A DNA stretch of 64,000 bases from a virus (taxonomy: Duplodnaviria > Caudoviricetes), in IMG/VR virus record IMGVR_UViG_3300026187_000011, positions 14,344-78,343 of that record. One strand, 5' to 3'. The position numbers were made by a program, and so were the translations under genes. Below, piece after piece: positions 7,846 to 15,786 of the stretch. Within the stretch, counting starts at the first letter, position 1. The number at the start of each line of letters is the position of its first letter. The notes under the pieces were generated by a model, which saw nothing but the letters and a program-made list of their open reading frames with translations, did no database searches and was not told the origin of the DNA.

Positions 7846-8167
7846 TCGTATTCAGGAAGTTGTAGCAGATTACTACAACATTAAGATGTCCGACCTCCTT
7901 TCAAGGAGGCGGACAGGCAACATTGCGTTTCCTCGACAGGTAGCAATGTTTCTCTCCCGGGAACTAACAGATGGTACTACGCCTGAGATTGGCAAGGAGT
8001 TCGCGCGTGACCATACAACTGTTATATACTCCTATGGCACAGTGTGTGACATGGTGGACATTTATCCAGCTTTGGATAAGTGCATAGATTATTTGACCAA
8101 GCAAATACTTGGTCATGAACACGAAGGAAGCATACCTATGCCTTTCCTTCCTTTTATACATGGATAA
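7823..8167 (+). CDS. Stand-alone DnaA C-terminal (domain IV) DNA-binding protein
   Basis: [56 protein letters not shown] closely follows the Bac_DnaA_C signature; no AAA+ domain. Confidence 0.9.
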   Translation: MMSGSTINRIQEVVADYYNIKMSDLLSRRRTGNIAFPRQVAMFLSRELTDGTTPEIGKEFARDHTTVIYSYGTVCDMVDIYPALDKCIDYLTKQILGHEHEGSIPMPFLPFIHG

Positions 8168-8438
8168 AGAAATACTATCGTCAACTGACTATGAGTGGGT
8201 TGACAAGAACTTCGAGCTACCCACTTGGGAACTGCTCGGAAGATTAGATGCGAAAGATATACTAACCGCCATCCTATGGGCTGCGACTGAGTGGTATGAA
8301 GGCAAAAAAGATGACCTTGTGAACATTGGCGAAGAGGAGCTGTGGGAGTATGACGATGACGGCAAGCAAGACTACAAGGCAGTCAGATGGGCATTGGATG
8401 CTCTATACACAGGAGAGCACAAATTCTACAAAGAATGA
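8160..8438 (+). CDS. Acidic hypothetical protein
   Basis: ORF; start set at MDKEILS. Confidence 0.7.
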   Translation: MDKEILSSTDYEWVDKNFELPTWELLGRLDAKDILTAILWAATEWYEGKKDDLVNIGEEELWEYDDDGKQDYKAVRWALDALYTGEHKFYKE

Positions 8439-8662
8439 AGCTAGGAGACAGAAGGCTTGATACCATTGAGCCAAGAGACACATTTCTCGATTACGAGGAT
8501 GATGATGTTGTCTACCCTTTTGAAGAGGGTGATGACTACTTCACGATTGAAGACGGGAAAGTGGTTTGGTCCTGCTGGGATGATACATCCGAAGAGCTAT
8601 ACGACCCTAAGAAAAAGTATTACGCTACAGAAGAAGAGGCTGAGCGTGCACTAAATCAATGA
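8435..8662 (+). CDS. Acidic hypothetical protein
   Basis: ATGA-coupled start MKLGDRR. Confidence 0.7.
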   Translation: MKLGDRRLDTIEPRDTFLDYEDDDVVYPFEEGDDYFTIEDGKVVWSCWDDTSEELYDPKKKYYATEEEAERALNQ

Positions 8663-9552
8663 AGGAATACTTCACAGGCACCGACCGATTCTCGGAGGCA
8701 CACAAACTATCTAGGACTGAAATAATGCCTGATGGTTCAGACTGCCAATCAGGTGCCATGTTATCCGCTTATGCACTACGGGGGAGAAAATCTCCCCCTA
8801 GTGTTGGGCGATGGATGTTAGATAGTGGAGCATTCACGCAGGTTACAAAGTATGGAGATTTCATACAATCTCCTGCCGAGTATGTACGCTTAGCCGTACG
8901 CTTTCAGGATGCAGGAGACTTAGCTTGCATAGCCACACAGGATTATATGTGTGAGCCAAGCGTTATTACTGAACTGCAGTCACAAGGCAGAAAAGCATCT
9001 GTTAGAATACACCAGAACAATACAGTTAAAAGGTACATCGACATCATGGATGAGGCTGTGAAACAAGGACTCAAAGTTCCGGTCATGCCTGTTCTGCAAG
9101 GATGGGAGGTCGAGGATTATTACGACCACTACATTAAGTACTGCAATGAGCTATCTAATAGAAGGTATTGGAATGGTAAGGAGTGGCACTGCCCGTTCAT
9201 GGACAGACCGTATTACCATGGGCATACAGGAGAGCTACTCAATACAGGTCATTGGATAGGCATTGGCTCTACATGTAAACGCAACACTAATCCTGAGGTT
9301 GTATCGCAGATACTAGACAGGCTAGGCAGTTGCATTAATTACGAGTACCATAAGGTGCATCTGTTTGGGTTCAAGAAGACAGGTCTAGCACAAGCTAACA
9401 TCAAAGACCGAATCCATTCTGCTGACTCGTTTGCTTATGACTTTGCCGACCGCATGGCAGGCAAGGAGCGTACATCTCGCAAAAGGATTAAGTCAGCCCG
9501 CAAGTTCGGGCAATCAATCATTCACAATAATGTTCAAACAAATTTATTATGA
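8659..9552 (+). CDS. dpdA: DpdA/TGT-like transglycosylase (7-deazaguanine DNA modification family)
   Basis: WMLDSGAF, QDYMCEP, PVLQGW, IGIGS.CKR, VHLFGFK and SADS motifs typical of phage queuine-tRNA-ribosyltransferase-like DpdA. Confidence 0.75.
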   Translation: MKEYFTGTDRFSEAHKLSRTEIMPDGSDCQSGAMLSAYALRGRKSPPSVGRWMLDSGAFTQVTKYGDFIQSPAEYVRLAVRFQDAGDLACIATQDYMCEPSVITELQSQGRKASVRIHQNNTVKRYIDIMDEAVKQGLKVPVMPVLQGWEVEDYYDHYIKYCNELSNRRYWNGKEWHCPFMDRPYYHGHTGELLNTGHWIGIGSTCKRNTNPEVVSQILDRLGSCINYEYHKVHLFGFKKTGLAQANIKDRIHSADSFAYDFADRMAGKERTSRKRIKSARKFGQSIIHNNVQTNLL

Positions 9553-9773
9553 CAGACCAAATAATACTACCGAGCGTTGGCTCGTATATACAGACGGACG
9601 GATACATTGGTCCACTGCAAGCCGACGGTAAACCTGATATACAAAATACCATCCATATCAATGATGCCAATGCTTCTTGGTTCAATGCCTTGAACGCATA
9701 TGACCTGGCATTGGTTAGGAGCATCAATAAAGATATAAATGGCACCGCTGAATTACCATCAAATCCAAGATGA
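9549..9773 (+). CDS. Hypothetical protein
   Basis: ATGA-coupled ORF. Confidence 0.65.
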   Translation: MTDQIILPSVGSYIQTDGYIGPLQADGKPDIQNTIHINDANASWFNALNAYDLALVRSINKDINGTAELPSNPR

Positions 9774-10114
9774 GCAAAGGAGCATACCACACTGATTGTG
9801 TGCATGAGGGCGAGTATGACGTAGACCTAAGCTATTACATTATAATTTGGGATGACCCAAATTGTTTTGAGATTAGGTCACGCTTACAGCTGATAACATT
9901 CCTTGGTCACTCCCTAGCTTGTGACACATACAAGTATATACTCTACAGTGACAATTGTAACACCGTGCAGGAGACAAGAGATATTCGTGAGATTCTTGTG
10001 CACCTTGACAAGTCTGAAGACCAAGGATTCAGAAAACCTAGTCAATACTACGTCGGTGATGATGAAGGATATACCCAAATACGAAGAATAATTACCGCAC
10101 AAGGGGACGCATAA
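9770..10114 (+). CDS. Hypothetical protein
   Basis: ATGA-coupled ORF. Confidence 0.7.
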   Translation: MSKGAYHTDCVHEGEYDVDLSYYIIIWDDPNCFEIRSRLQLITFLGHSLACDTYKYILYSDNCNTVQETRDIREILVHLDKSEDQGFRKPSQYYVGDDEGYTQIRRIITAQGDA

Positions 10115-10116
10115 CA

Positions 10117-10815
10117 TTGAAGAACTGGTCAACATGGCAACCATCCAATGTGGATGAGCTTATTGGGTCGAAGACTCAACAGATATATAGAAACATAGAG
10201 ACGCAACTCGATGCATTCTCTGAGCAAACAGGTCGTGCTCGCTCAGGCAGGTATGTTCTGTCAGGTCCCCCCGGATGTGGCAAGACAACCATTGCAAGAC
10301 TACTTAGTAACAAGTGGGTTCCTGATGAGCGTAATCGTTCCATCTGTATTAAATCATGGATGGGTCGTGCTGTATCCAAAGAGTGGGTACAGGATTTAAT
10401 AAATGAGACCAGGATGTCATGGATGTATGGCAATCGTGCGTTGATTATTAACGAAGCCGACAAGGTACAGCCTGCTGCTCAAGACTTAATGCTTGATTGG
10501 CTGGAGGATGAGCTGCCTGAAGGTTACTTGGTTATGTGTACAACCAACGCCAAGGTTGCTACCGAAGGCAAGCAGGCAACCCTCAAGTTGTCGAAGACTG
10601 ACAAGGATGAGTATTTATCCACTAAGTTTCTTTCGCGACTCACCAAATACCACCTCGACTATCCTCCTGTAGATGAAATTTCGGAAGGACTATCACGCAT
10701 AGTGAAAGAAAACTGCCCTGAATATGTGGCTCTGAATGCAGCCAAAGCATCAGGTGGTGATTTACGACAAGCATTCAAAGAACTGCAAATATTCCAAGCT
10801 GAATTACTAACTTAA
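10117..10815 (+). CDS. Clamp-loader clade AAA+ ATPase (RFC/DnaX/RarA-like)
   Basis: WQPSNVDELIG (RP..L.D.IG-like), Walker A GPPGCGKT, Walker B IINEAD, sensor 1 TTN, LSR arginine finger. Confidence 0.8.
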   Translation: MKNWSTWQPSNVDELIGSKTQQIYRNIETQLDAFSEQTGRARSGRYVLSGPPGCGKTTIARLLSNKWVPDERNRSICIKSWMGRAVSKEWVQDLINETRMSWMYGNRALIINEADKVQPAAQDLMLDWLEDELPEGYLVMCTTNAKVATEGKQATLKLSKTDKDEYLSTKFLSRLTKYHLDYPPVDEISEGLSRIVKENCPEYVALNAAKASGGDLRQAFKELQIFQAELLT

Positions 10816-10820
10816 TATTT

Positions 10821-11615
10821 ATGTCACAAACATATAAAACTGCCGCTTTCGTTGATTTGTACGAAGCGCTTAAAGAGAGAGCCGCAAAGCACGGCGATGA
10901 AGTCAAAGTCAACTTCGTCAGAAATTGCTTAAAGCGTGTTAACCCCAAGATTATGACCATTATGAATGTCGCCAATGACAACGAGTGGTCATTCTTACCT
11001 AAGCCCGACGATGCTCCTGACAAGGGTGCGAGTGATGAAGATTCATTCATTGCTCAAACAAAAGACCGATACTACAAGCAGTGGCTTGAGCGTGTGAATA
11101 AGGGTGAGTTCGATAAGAAGCGTCCGGATATGCACATTGGTGAGGATGCTCCTAGAGAAGAGGAAGAGGTCGACATGGTCGCTCTTGCACGTGCTGAAAA
11201 GGAGAAAGCTCAGAAGATTGCGGCGGCCGAGCAGGCTCCTGTTTCAATCGTTAATGAGCCGAAGGAAGAGGAAGAAGATTGCATGGAGACTTGCAATGGT
11301 GAGCCTTGCCCCAATGGCAAGGAGTGTGAGCCTCATGAGGATGACAATGGGGACTTCGATGAGACCCATGAGGAGGCAATGAAGCATGAGCAACGCCTTG
11401 AAGAAGGCGGCATTGCCAAGGTTGAGAGCCACGCTCATTCGGAGATGCGTCTGCTTGATGCACTCTCTGACTTTGTCACTCGTACTGCGGTGGCGAATGA
11501 TTCACCTCCGGAGGATACTCCTGCACCTGAGGTTGACCTTACTGAGGTTAATGCCCGTCTCGACAAGTTGGAGAAGAAGGTAGCTTCTCTCTTCAACGCA
11601 ATGCGTGATTTATGA
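10821..11615 (+). CDS. Acidic hypothetical protein with C-terminal coiled coil
   Basis: 264-aa clean ORF, E/D-rich middle. Confidence 0.75.
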   Translation: MSQTYKTAAFVDLYEALKERAAKHGDEVKVNFVRNCLKRVNPKIMTIMNVANDNEWSFLPKPDDAPDKGASDEDSFIAQTKDRYYKQWLERVNKGEFDKKRPDMHIGEDAPREEEEVDMVALARAEKEKAQKIAAAEQAPVSIVNEPKEEEEDCMETCNGEPCPNGKECEPHEDDNGDFDETHEEAMKHEQRLEEGGIAKVESHAHSEMRLLDALSDFVTRTAVANDSPPEDTPAPEVDLTEVNARLDKLEKKVASLFNAMRDL

Positions 11616-11881
11616 GAGGCACAGCAGGGTGCATAACAGGAACAAACAGTCGTACGGGAATGCGAATTAGCATACCTCGTATGTCAGGCGGCGACTCAGG
11701 TCACAGGCTTAAAAAGCTTGTGGCGTGGGCTCGCGACCACTTGCCTGAAGGATACGCATTAACTCTTGATGAGATTGGCAAGAGCGTGGGCATCACAAGA
11801 GAAAGAGTAAGGCAAATAGAAGCGATTGCCCTAAGGAAACTTAGGCATCCAAGTAGAATAAAAAAGATTAAAGAAGATTGA
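11612..11881 (+). CDS. Stand-alone sigma70 region 4 helix-turn-helix protein
   Basis: [32 protein letters not shown] is nearly the RpoD region 4.2 consensus [29 protein letters not shown]. Confidence 0.9.
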   Translation: MRGTAGCITGTNSRTGMRISIPRMSGGDSGHRLKKLVAWARDHLPEGYALTLDEIGKSVGITRERVRQIEAIALRKLRHPSRIKKIKED

Positions 11882-12366
11882 AAATAACAGACATACAACA
11901 TCTGCTTGAGGAAGGCTATCAAGTAGAGATTGTCGCATCCAAAATGGATGACGGCAGAATACGAGTAATATATCTACCCAAAATAACAGGTGATAAACTG
12001 AAACTGGGTGATGCAGACAAGTCTGTATTGCAAAACCCATTCATCCTCAAAGGTACTGCTGAAGAGCTAGATAAAGAGTCTCCTGCCAAGATTAAAGAGT
12101 GGACATCCAAGCTCAAGGAAGGCAAGGACAACCTGGAGCAAATACAGGCAGAGTTGGACAAGGCTGCCAAAGCTAAGAAAGCTTCTGCCAAGAAAGCAAC
12201 ACCTGCCAAGAAGCCTGCTGTTAAGAAAAAGACAGCGGCAGAAAAGAAAGAGGAAGCACGCAAAGCACAGGCAGCTGAACAGGGAGACTTGTTCTCTGAT
12301 AATACAAGCAGGCTTGATGACAATAAAGATGCAATGGCAGATGAGATTGCCGAGTTAGGAATATGA
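11878..12366 (+). CDS. PRTRC system protein E
   Basis: RVIYLPK..DA...[13 protein letters not shown] signature, then a Lys/Ala/Pro low-complexity tail; first gene of the cassette. Confidence 0.8.
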   Translation: MKITDIQHLLEEGYQVEIVASKMDDGRIRVIYLPKITGDKLKLGDADKSVLQNPFILKGTAEELDKESPAKIKEWTSKLKEGKDNLEQIQAELDKAAKAKKASAKKATPAKKPAVKKKTAAEKKEEARKAQAAEQGDLFSDNTSRLDDNKDAMADEIAELGI

Positions 12367-13025
12367 TGGAAGATGAACTAGATACCCTGGTTGAAGCACA
12401 AGAGCAATCAGGAGCAAGTATGGATGACGGGGATGATGTTATTCGAATTCAAGTCGACCATGACCAAGACTTATCCGAAGCAGTGTTTGAGTTGGAGCAA
12501 GGACTAGCACAGAAGGAGGAGGGTGAGAGACTAGAGAAAACTGCCAAGCAAGTGTTATCCAATCATGCGCGGAAGATATTGGCTGAACATAATGGAAAGG
12601 AAGGGACTATCCCCAAGAAGTTCGGCTTTGTCTCTAAGACATATACTGCATGGATTAATACTAGACCCAATGGATATGGCAAATTCACAAAGGGAATGGT
12701 AGATGACCTTGCAAAAATAGATGCGAGTATTTCGAAACATCTGACAAGGGAAACATCAGTATCAACAAAATGGGGTTCTATCCCTGAAGACAAACGGGCG
12801 CGGGCGGTGGAAATCATGATGGAACTCAACTATCTTGTGTATGGAAAGGAATGGAAGGCATCCAGTAAGCAACCAAGTCTTGTAGTTGTTGAACGTGTTC
12901 ATAAAGCAAGGACGGATTCCTTCTACACAAATCAGTTCACCATACAAAAGGATGCGATGCAGAAGCTACAGGAGCTACAGCCTATTAGGTTTGCATTGTC
13001 ATCTACAAATGGAAGGAAGAAATGA
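12363..13025 (+). CDS. Hypothetical protein inserted in the PRTRC cassette
   Basis: 220-aa ORF coupled by ATGA to PRTRC E and C. Confidence 0.75.
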   Translation: MMEDELDTLVEAQEQSGASMDDGDDVIRIQVDHDQDLSEAVFELEQGLAQKEEGERLEKTAKQVLSNHARKILAEHNGKEGTIPKKFGFVSKTYTAWINTRPNGYGKFTKGMVDDLAKIDASISKHLTRETSVSTKWGSIPEDKRARAVEIMMELNYLVYGKEWKASSKQPSLVVVERVHKARTDSFYTNQFTIQKDAMQKLQELQPIRFALSSTNGRKK

Positions 13026-13255
13026 GTATCGAAGAAGATAAATTGACGCGTGTGTTCAAGTTTAATGGTAAGGAGTTGCCTGACCCTGACCCTACCATGA
13101 CCCCACGCGAAGTTATGGAGTTATATGCTAGACAATACACATCATTAACAAATGGAGAAATCGCAGGACCATTCTACGACGGCGACCAGCAAAACTGGAA
13201 GCTCGAAGGGAAAACAGGGTACGCAATGTCAGGAAACTACGGAACTAAAGGATGA
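13022..13255 (+). CDS. PRTRC system protein C (prokaryotic ubiquitin-like)
   Basis: RVFKFNGKELPDPDPTMTPREVMELYARQYTSLTN..GP and C-terminal GTKG match the Prok_Ub/PRTRC-C family. Confidence 0.92.
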   Translation: MSIEEDKLTRVFKFNGKELPDPDPTMTPREVMELYARQYTSLTNGEIAGPFYDGDQQNWKLEGKTGYAMSGNYGTKG

Positions 13256-13267
13256 TGAGTTCGACCA

Positions 13268-14191
13268 ATGGTTAACATTATCTACGAGTATCCAGACGGG
13301 GTTACCGAAACAGGGACAGGGGACGCTACCGTCCCTTGCCCTGCCGCCCCTTTTCTGAGAGTTCCCACAATCTACCCGACCAATGTACGAGTATCGCTCG
13401 ATATTAATCATCACTCTCGGCTTGCTAGTTATCAATTCAAGAAGGAGCCTGACGAAGATGATGAATTGACACAGATTGCACACAGTATTGCGCATGGAGA
13501 TTCAGAGCCATTCTTTGACCTCACTGTTCGTGTTGCACATACACAAGACGGGGGCATATATGCTTTCATCGACCCACACTGTTCAGGTGTTACTACCTTT
13601 GCAGTTGGCGGTCGAGTGGGTCTCATTGACCGGCACTACAAGCGTGCGGGTGCATTTCTGTTATGGTTAATTGAGAAGTGTCCGCTACATGTGTGGAATC
13701 CTAACACTGTGCAAGAGTTCTCTTGCAAGCCGTACGGCGGATATGAGTGGAATGAACAGCATCAGTTAGATGTATGGGATTTGCCTGTCGGTGATTGGAA
13801 TGGTGTGCCTGAGTTACCTCCAAACTTAACAAGAATCGTCAACGAGTGCTTGGAAGCCCACAAAAAGTGGGAAGATAACTACAGAGAGTATGATGATGTT
13901 CAGTTGTTTCCTATTGGACTAGCAGTATGGCACGACACTGTGCCTTGGCAGAACAAGCGAACCAAGCGTCAGAGAGACTTTGGTATTGAGCGTGGCAATG
14001 ACCTGTCATGGTTAGCACTTGATGACCTTGGTATGTACCACATGGAGACAGGAGTGCATAGCACATGCACCGAACTAATACACTCAATCGACAGACTACA
14101 AGAAATCATGGAGCTTTCCGCTCCGTTTATAAAATTATTCAAATACTTATCACATGACTCTAAGGAAATCTCTTACCACTATTCCTTTTGA
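13268..14191 (+). CDS. Putative PRTRC system protein F-like
   Basis: 307-aa ORF in the position of protein F, between C and B; assignment is mainly by synteny. Confidence 0.45.
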   Translation: MVNIIYEYPDGVTETGTGDATVPCPAAPFLRVPTIYPTNVRVSLDINHHSRLASYQFKKEPDEDDELTQIAHSIAHGDSEPFFDLTVRVAHTQDGGIYAFIDPHCSGVTTFAVGGRVGLIDRHYKRAGAFLLWLIEKCPLHVWNPNTVQEFSCKPYGGYEWNEQHQLDVWDLPVGDWNGVPELPPNLTRIVNECLEAHKKWEDNYREYDDVQLFPIGLAVWHDTVPWQNKRTKRQRDFGIERGNDLSWLALDDLGMYHMETGVHSTCTELIHSIDRLQEIMELSAPFIKLFKYLSHDSKEISYHYSF

Positions 14192-14741
14192 TTTCGAAAT
14201 CATCAAGGGATTGATTTTTTATAAAAACGAGCAAACTAAACAAAACCTTGCTGTTATGTTCAAGCATGACAAAGGCAGGTTTCATTCGCCTGAGCCATTC
14301 AGTAAGGAGCAACTATATTCACTCCTGCCGGATGAAGAGAAACAAGACTTATGCTACCAACCTAACACACTATACTATAGTGCAGACAAAATGGTGTGGT
14401 GGGTGAAAGGAGGGATGCGATACCTAGATGTTGTAGATAAGCCACGCAAGCAATACCGAATGCCAAGACTATTATTCAAGGTGCAGTCACACAAGTTATT
14501 CGTTGCAGCATTCAAGGGTGAGCCAACCGATGACACGCCACTTTTCGCCGCGCCATTTAGGGGTATTGATGTTCATGGCGAAGCCATGGGTTCATGCAAT
14601 GTGCGACTACCTAAAACTCAAAAGATGAAGGACAGAGACCAATGGGAGGATGCGTTCTTCATGTCCGCTTTTAACCAAGAACCAAAATATAACAATCGAG
14701 CTTTGAATAAAACGATTAGCGAGTTTATATTTTGTTATTAA
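14154..14741 (+). CDS. PRTRC system protein B (prokaryotic E2 family D)
   Basis: MVWWVK, MPRLLFKV...LFVAAFK, TPLFAAPF and WEDAFFMSAFN motifs. Confidence 0.85.
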   Translation: MTLRKSLTTIPFDFEIIKGLIFYKNEQTKQNLAVMFKHDKGRFHSPEPFSKEQLYSLLPDEEKQDLCYQPNTLYYSADKMVWWVKGGMRYLDVVDKPRKQYRMPRLLFKVQSHKLFVAAFKGEPTDDTPLFAAPFRGIDVHGEAMGSCNVRLPKTQKMKDRDQWEDAFFMSAFNQEPKYNNRALNKTISEFIFCY

Positions 14742-14756
14742 TTATTTCGTGTAACA
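14733..14756. promoter_or_regulatory. Degenerate palindromic site
   Basis: TGTTATTA attatttc GTGTAACA overlapping the PRTRC-B stop codon. Confidence 0.45.
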
Positions 14757-14799
14757 TAGACATATGTATATTCGATTAGTGTAATTATATTCATAATCA

Positions 14800-14910
14800 G
14801 GTGATGGGGTCCATAGGCATGTCTTTTTCCTTAGTTAATGAAGGATATGAAGGGACAATGAGAGTGCAGGCAGCAAATCTGCATGATGACCAGTAACCTG
14901 CCCCATCACC
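14800..14910 (+). ncRNA. Candidate structured cis-element upstream of thiF-like gene
   Basis: Perfect 10-bp closing stem GGTGATGGGG/CCCCATCACC enclosing TCCTT/AAGGA and TGCAG/CTGCA hairpins; ends 13 nt before the ATG. Confidence 0.5.
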
Positions 14911-14923
14911 ATCTATTTTTAAA

Positions 14924-15592
14924 ATGTCACATAAAATTGAAAATCTATCCGAAGACAAAATACTTATTGATGTTTACGGATGTGGCGGTACAGGTAGCCA
15001 TGTGATTAATGGTTTAGCTAGGATTGCAAAAGCACTTAGCGAACTCAATCATCCTGGCATACATGTCACCGCATACGACCCTGATATTGTCACCCATGCT
15101 AATGTGGGTAGGCAAGCATTCTACGAAGCAGATGTTGGCGAGTACAAATCCTCTGTATTAATTGAGCGCGTAAACCTTTACTATCGACAGAATTGGCGAG
15201 CAGTTAAGCGTAAGGCACCTAACTATACCAAAGCTCACATCTGTATTGCTTGTGTAGACACAAAAGCATCTCGCAAAGAAATCAGTGAAGCTAAGTACAA
15301 TGACAATGCATACATAATTGATTGCGGTAACTCACGGGCTTCCGGTCAAGTTATCCTTGGGCAAAGTAAGGGTGACCTACCATTCCCGTATGACAAGGAA
15401 CTAACCGAGGGCGATGAGCCTCAGGAACCCAACTGCATCGACCAGTATTATCGTCAAGACCTGTTCATAAATTCCATGATTGCAAACCATGCACTACACT
15501 TTGTTTGGACATTGTTCAGACGAACATCACTTGACATTAGAGGCGTGTTCCTCAATTTGGAAAGTGGTATTACAAACCCAATAAAATGCTAA
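14924..15592 (+). CDS. PRTRC system ThiF/E1-like adenylyltransferase
   Basis: GCGGTG nucleotide-binding loop, YDPDIV..ANVGRQ, CVD...R, IIDCGN, GQVILG, PNC..QDLFIN. Confidence 0.92.
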   Translation: MSHKIENLSEDKILIDVYGCGGTGSHVINGLARIAKALSELNHPGIHVTAYDPDIVTHANVGRQAFYEADVGEYKSSVLIERVNLYYRQNWRAVKRKAPNYTKAHICIACVDTKASRKEISEAKYNDNAYIIDCGNSRASGQVILGQSKGDLPFPYDKELTEGDEPQEPNCIDQYYRQDLFINSMIANHALHFVWTLFRRTSLDIRGVFLNLESGITNPIKC

Positions 15593-15786
15593 CAACAAGA
15601 TATGTTGTCCTCGATGAGTATAGTTTTGTCGAATACGAAGAAGACGGAACTACTGCAATATTCGAGAGTAAAGAAGATGCGGAGAAGGTCAGAGACTTTC
15701 TCCATGAAGAGTACAAAGAAGTAAAGAGCGTAACAAGAACCATGGGGACAAACCTACAAGTTATCCCATTTGTTACTAAAGATTAA
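15586..15786 (+). CDS. Small hypothetical protein
   Basis: Coupled ORF between thiF-like gene and helicase. Confidence 0.65.
   Translation: MLTTRYVVLDEYSFVEYEEDGTTAIFESKEDAEKVRDFLHEEYKEVKSVTRTMGTNLQVIPFVTKD

Noticed and set aside
14742-14923. Degenerate PRTRC protein A (JAB) gene
   Set aside because: No ORF of suitable length and no HxH JAB motif recognised.
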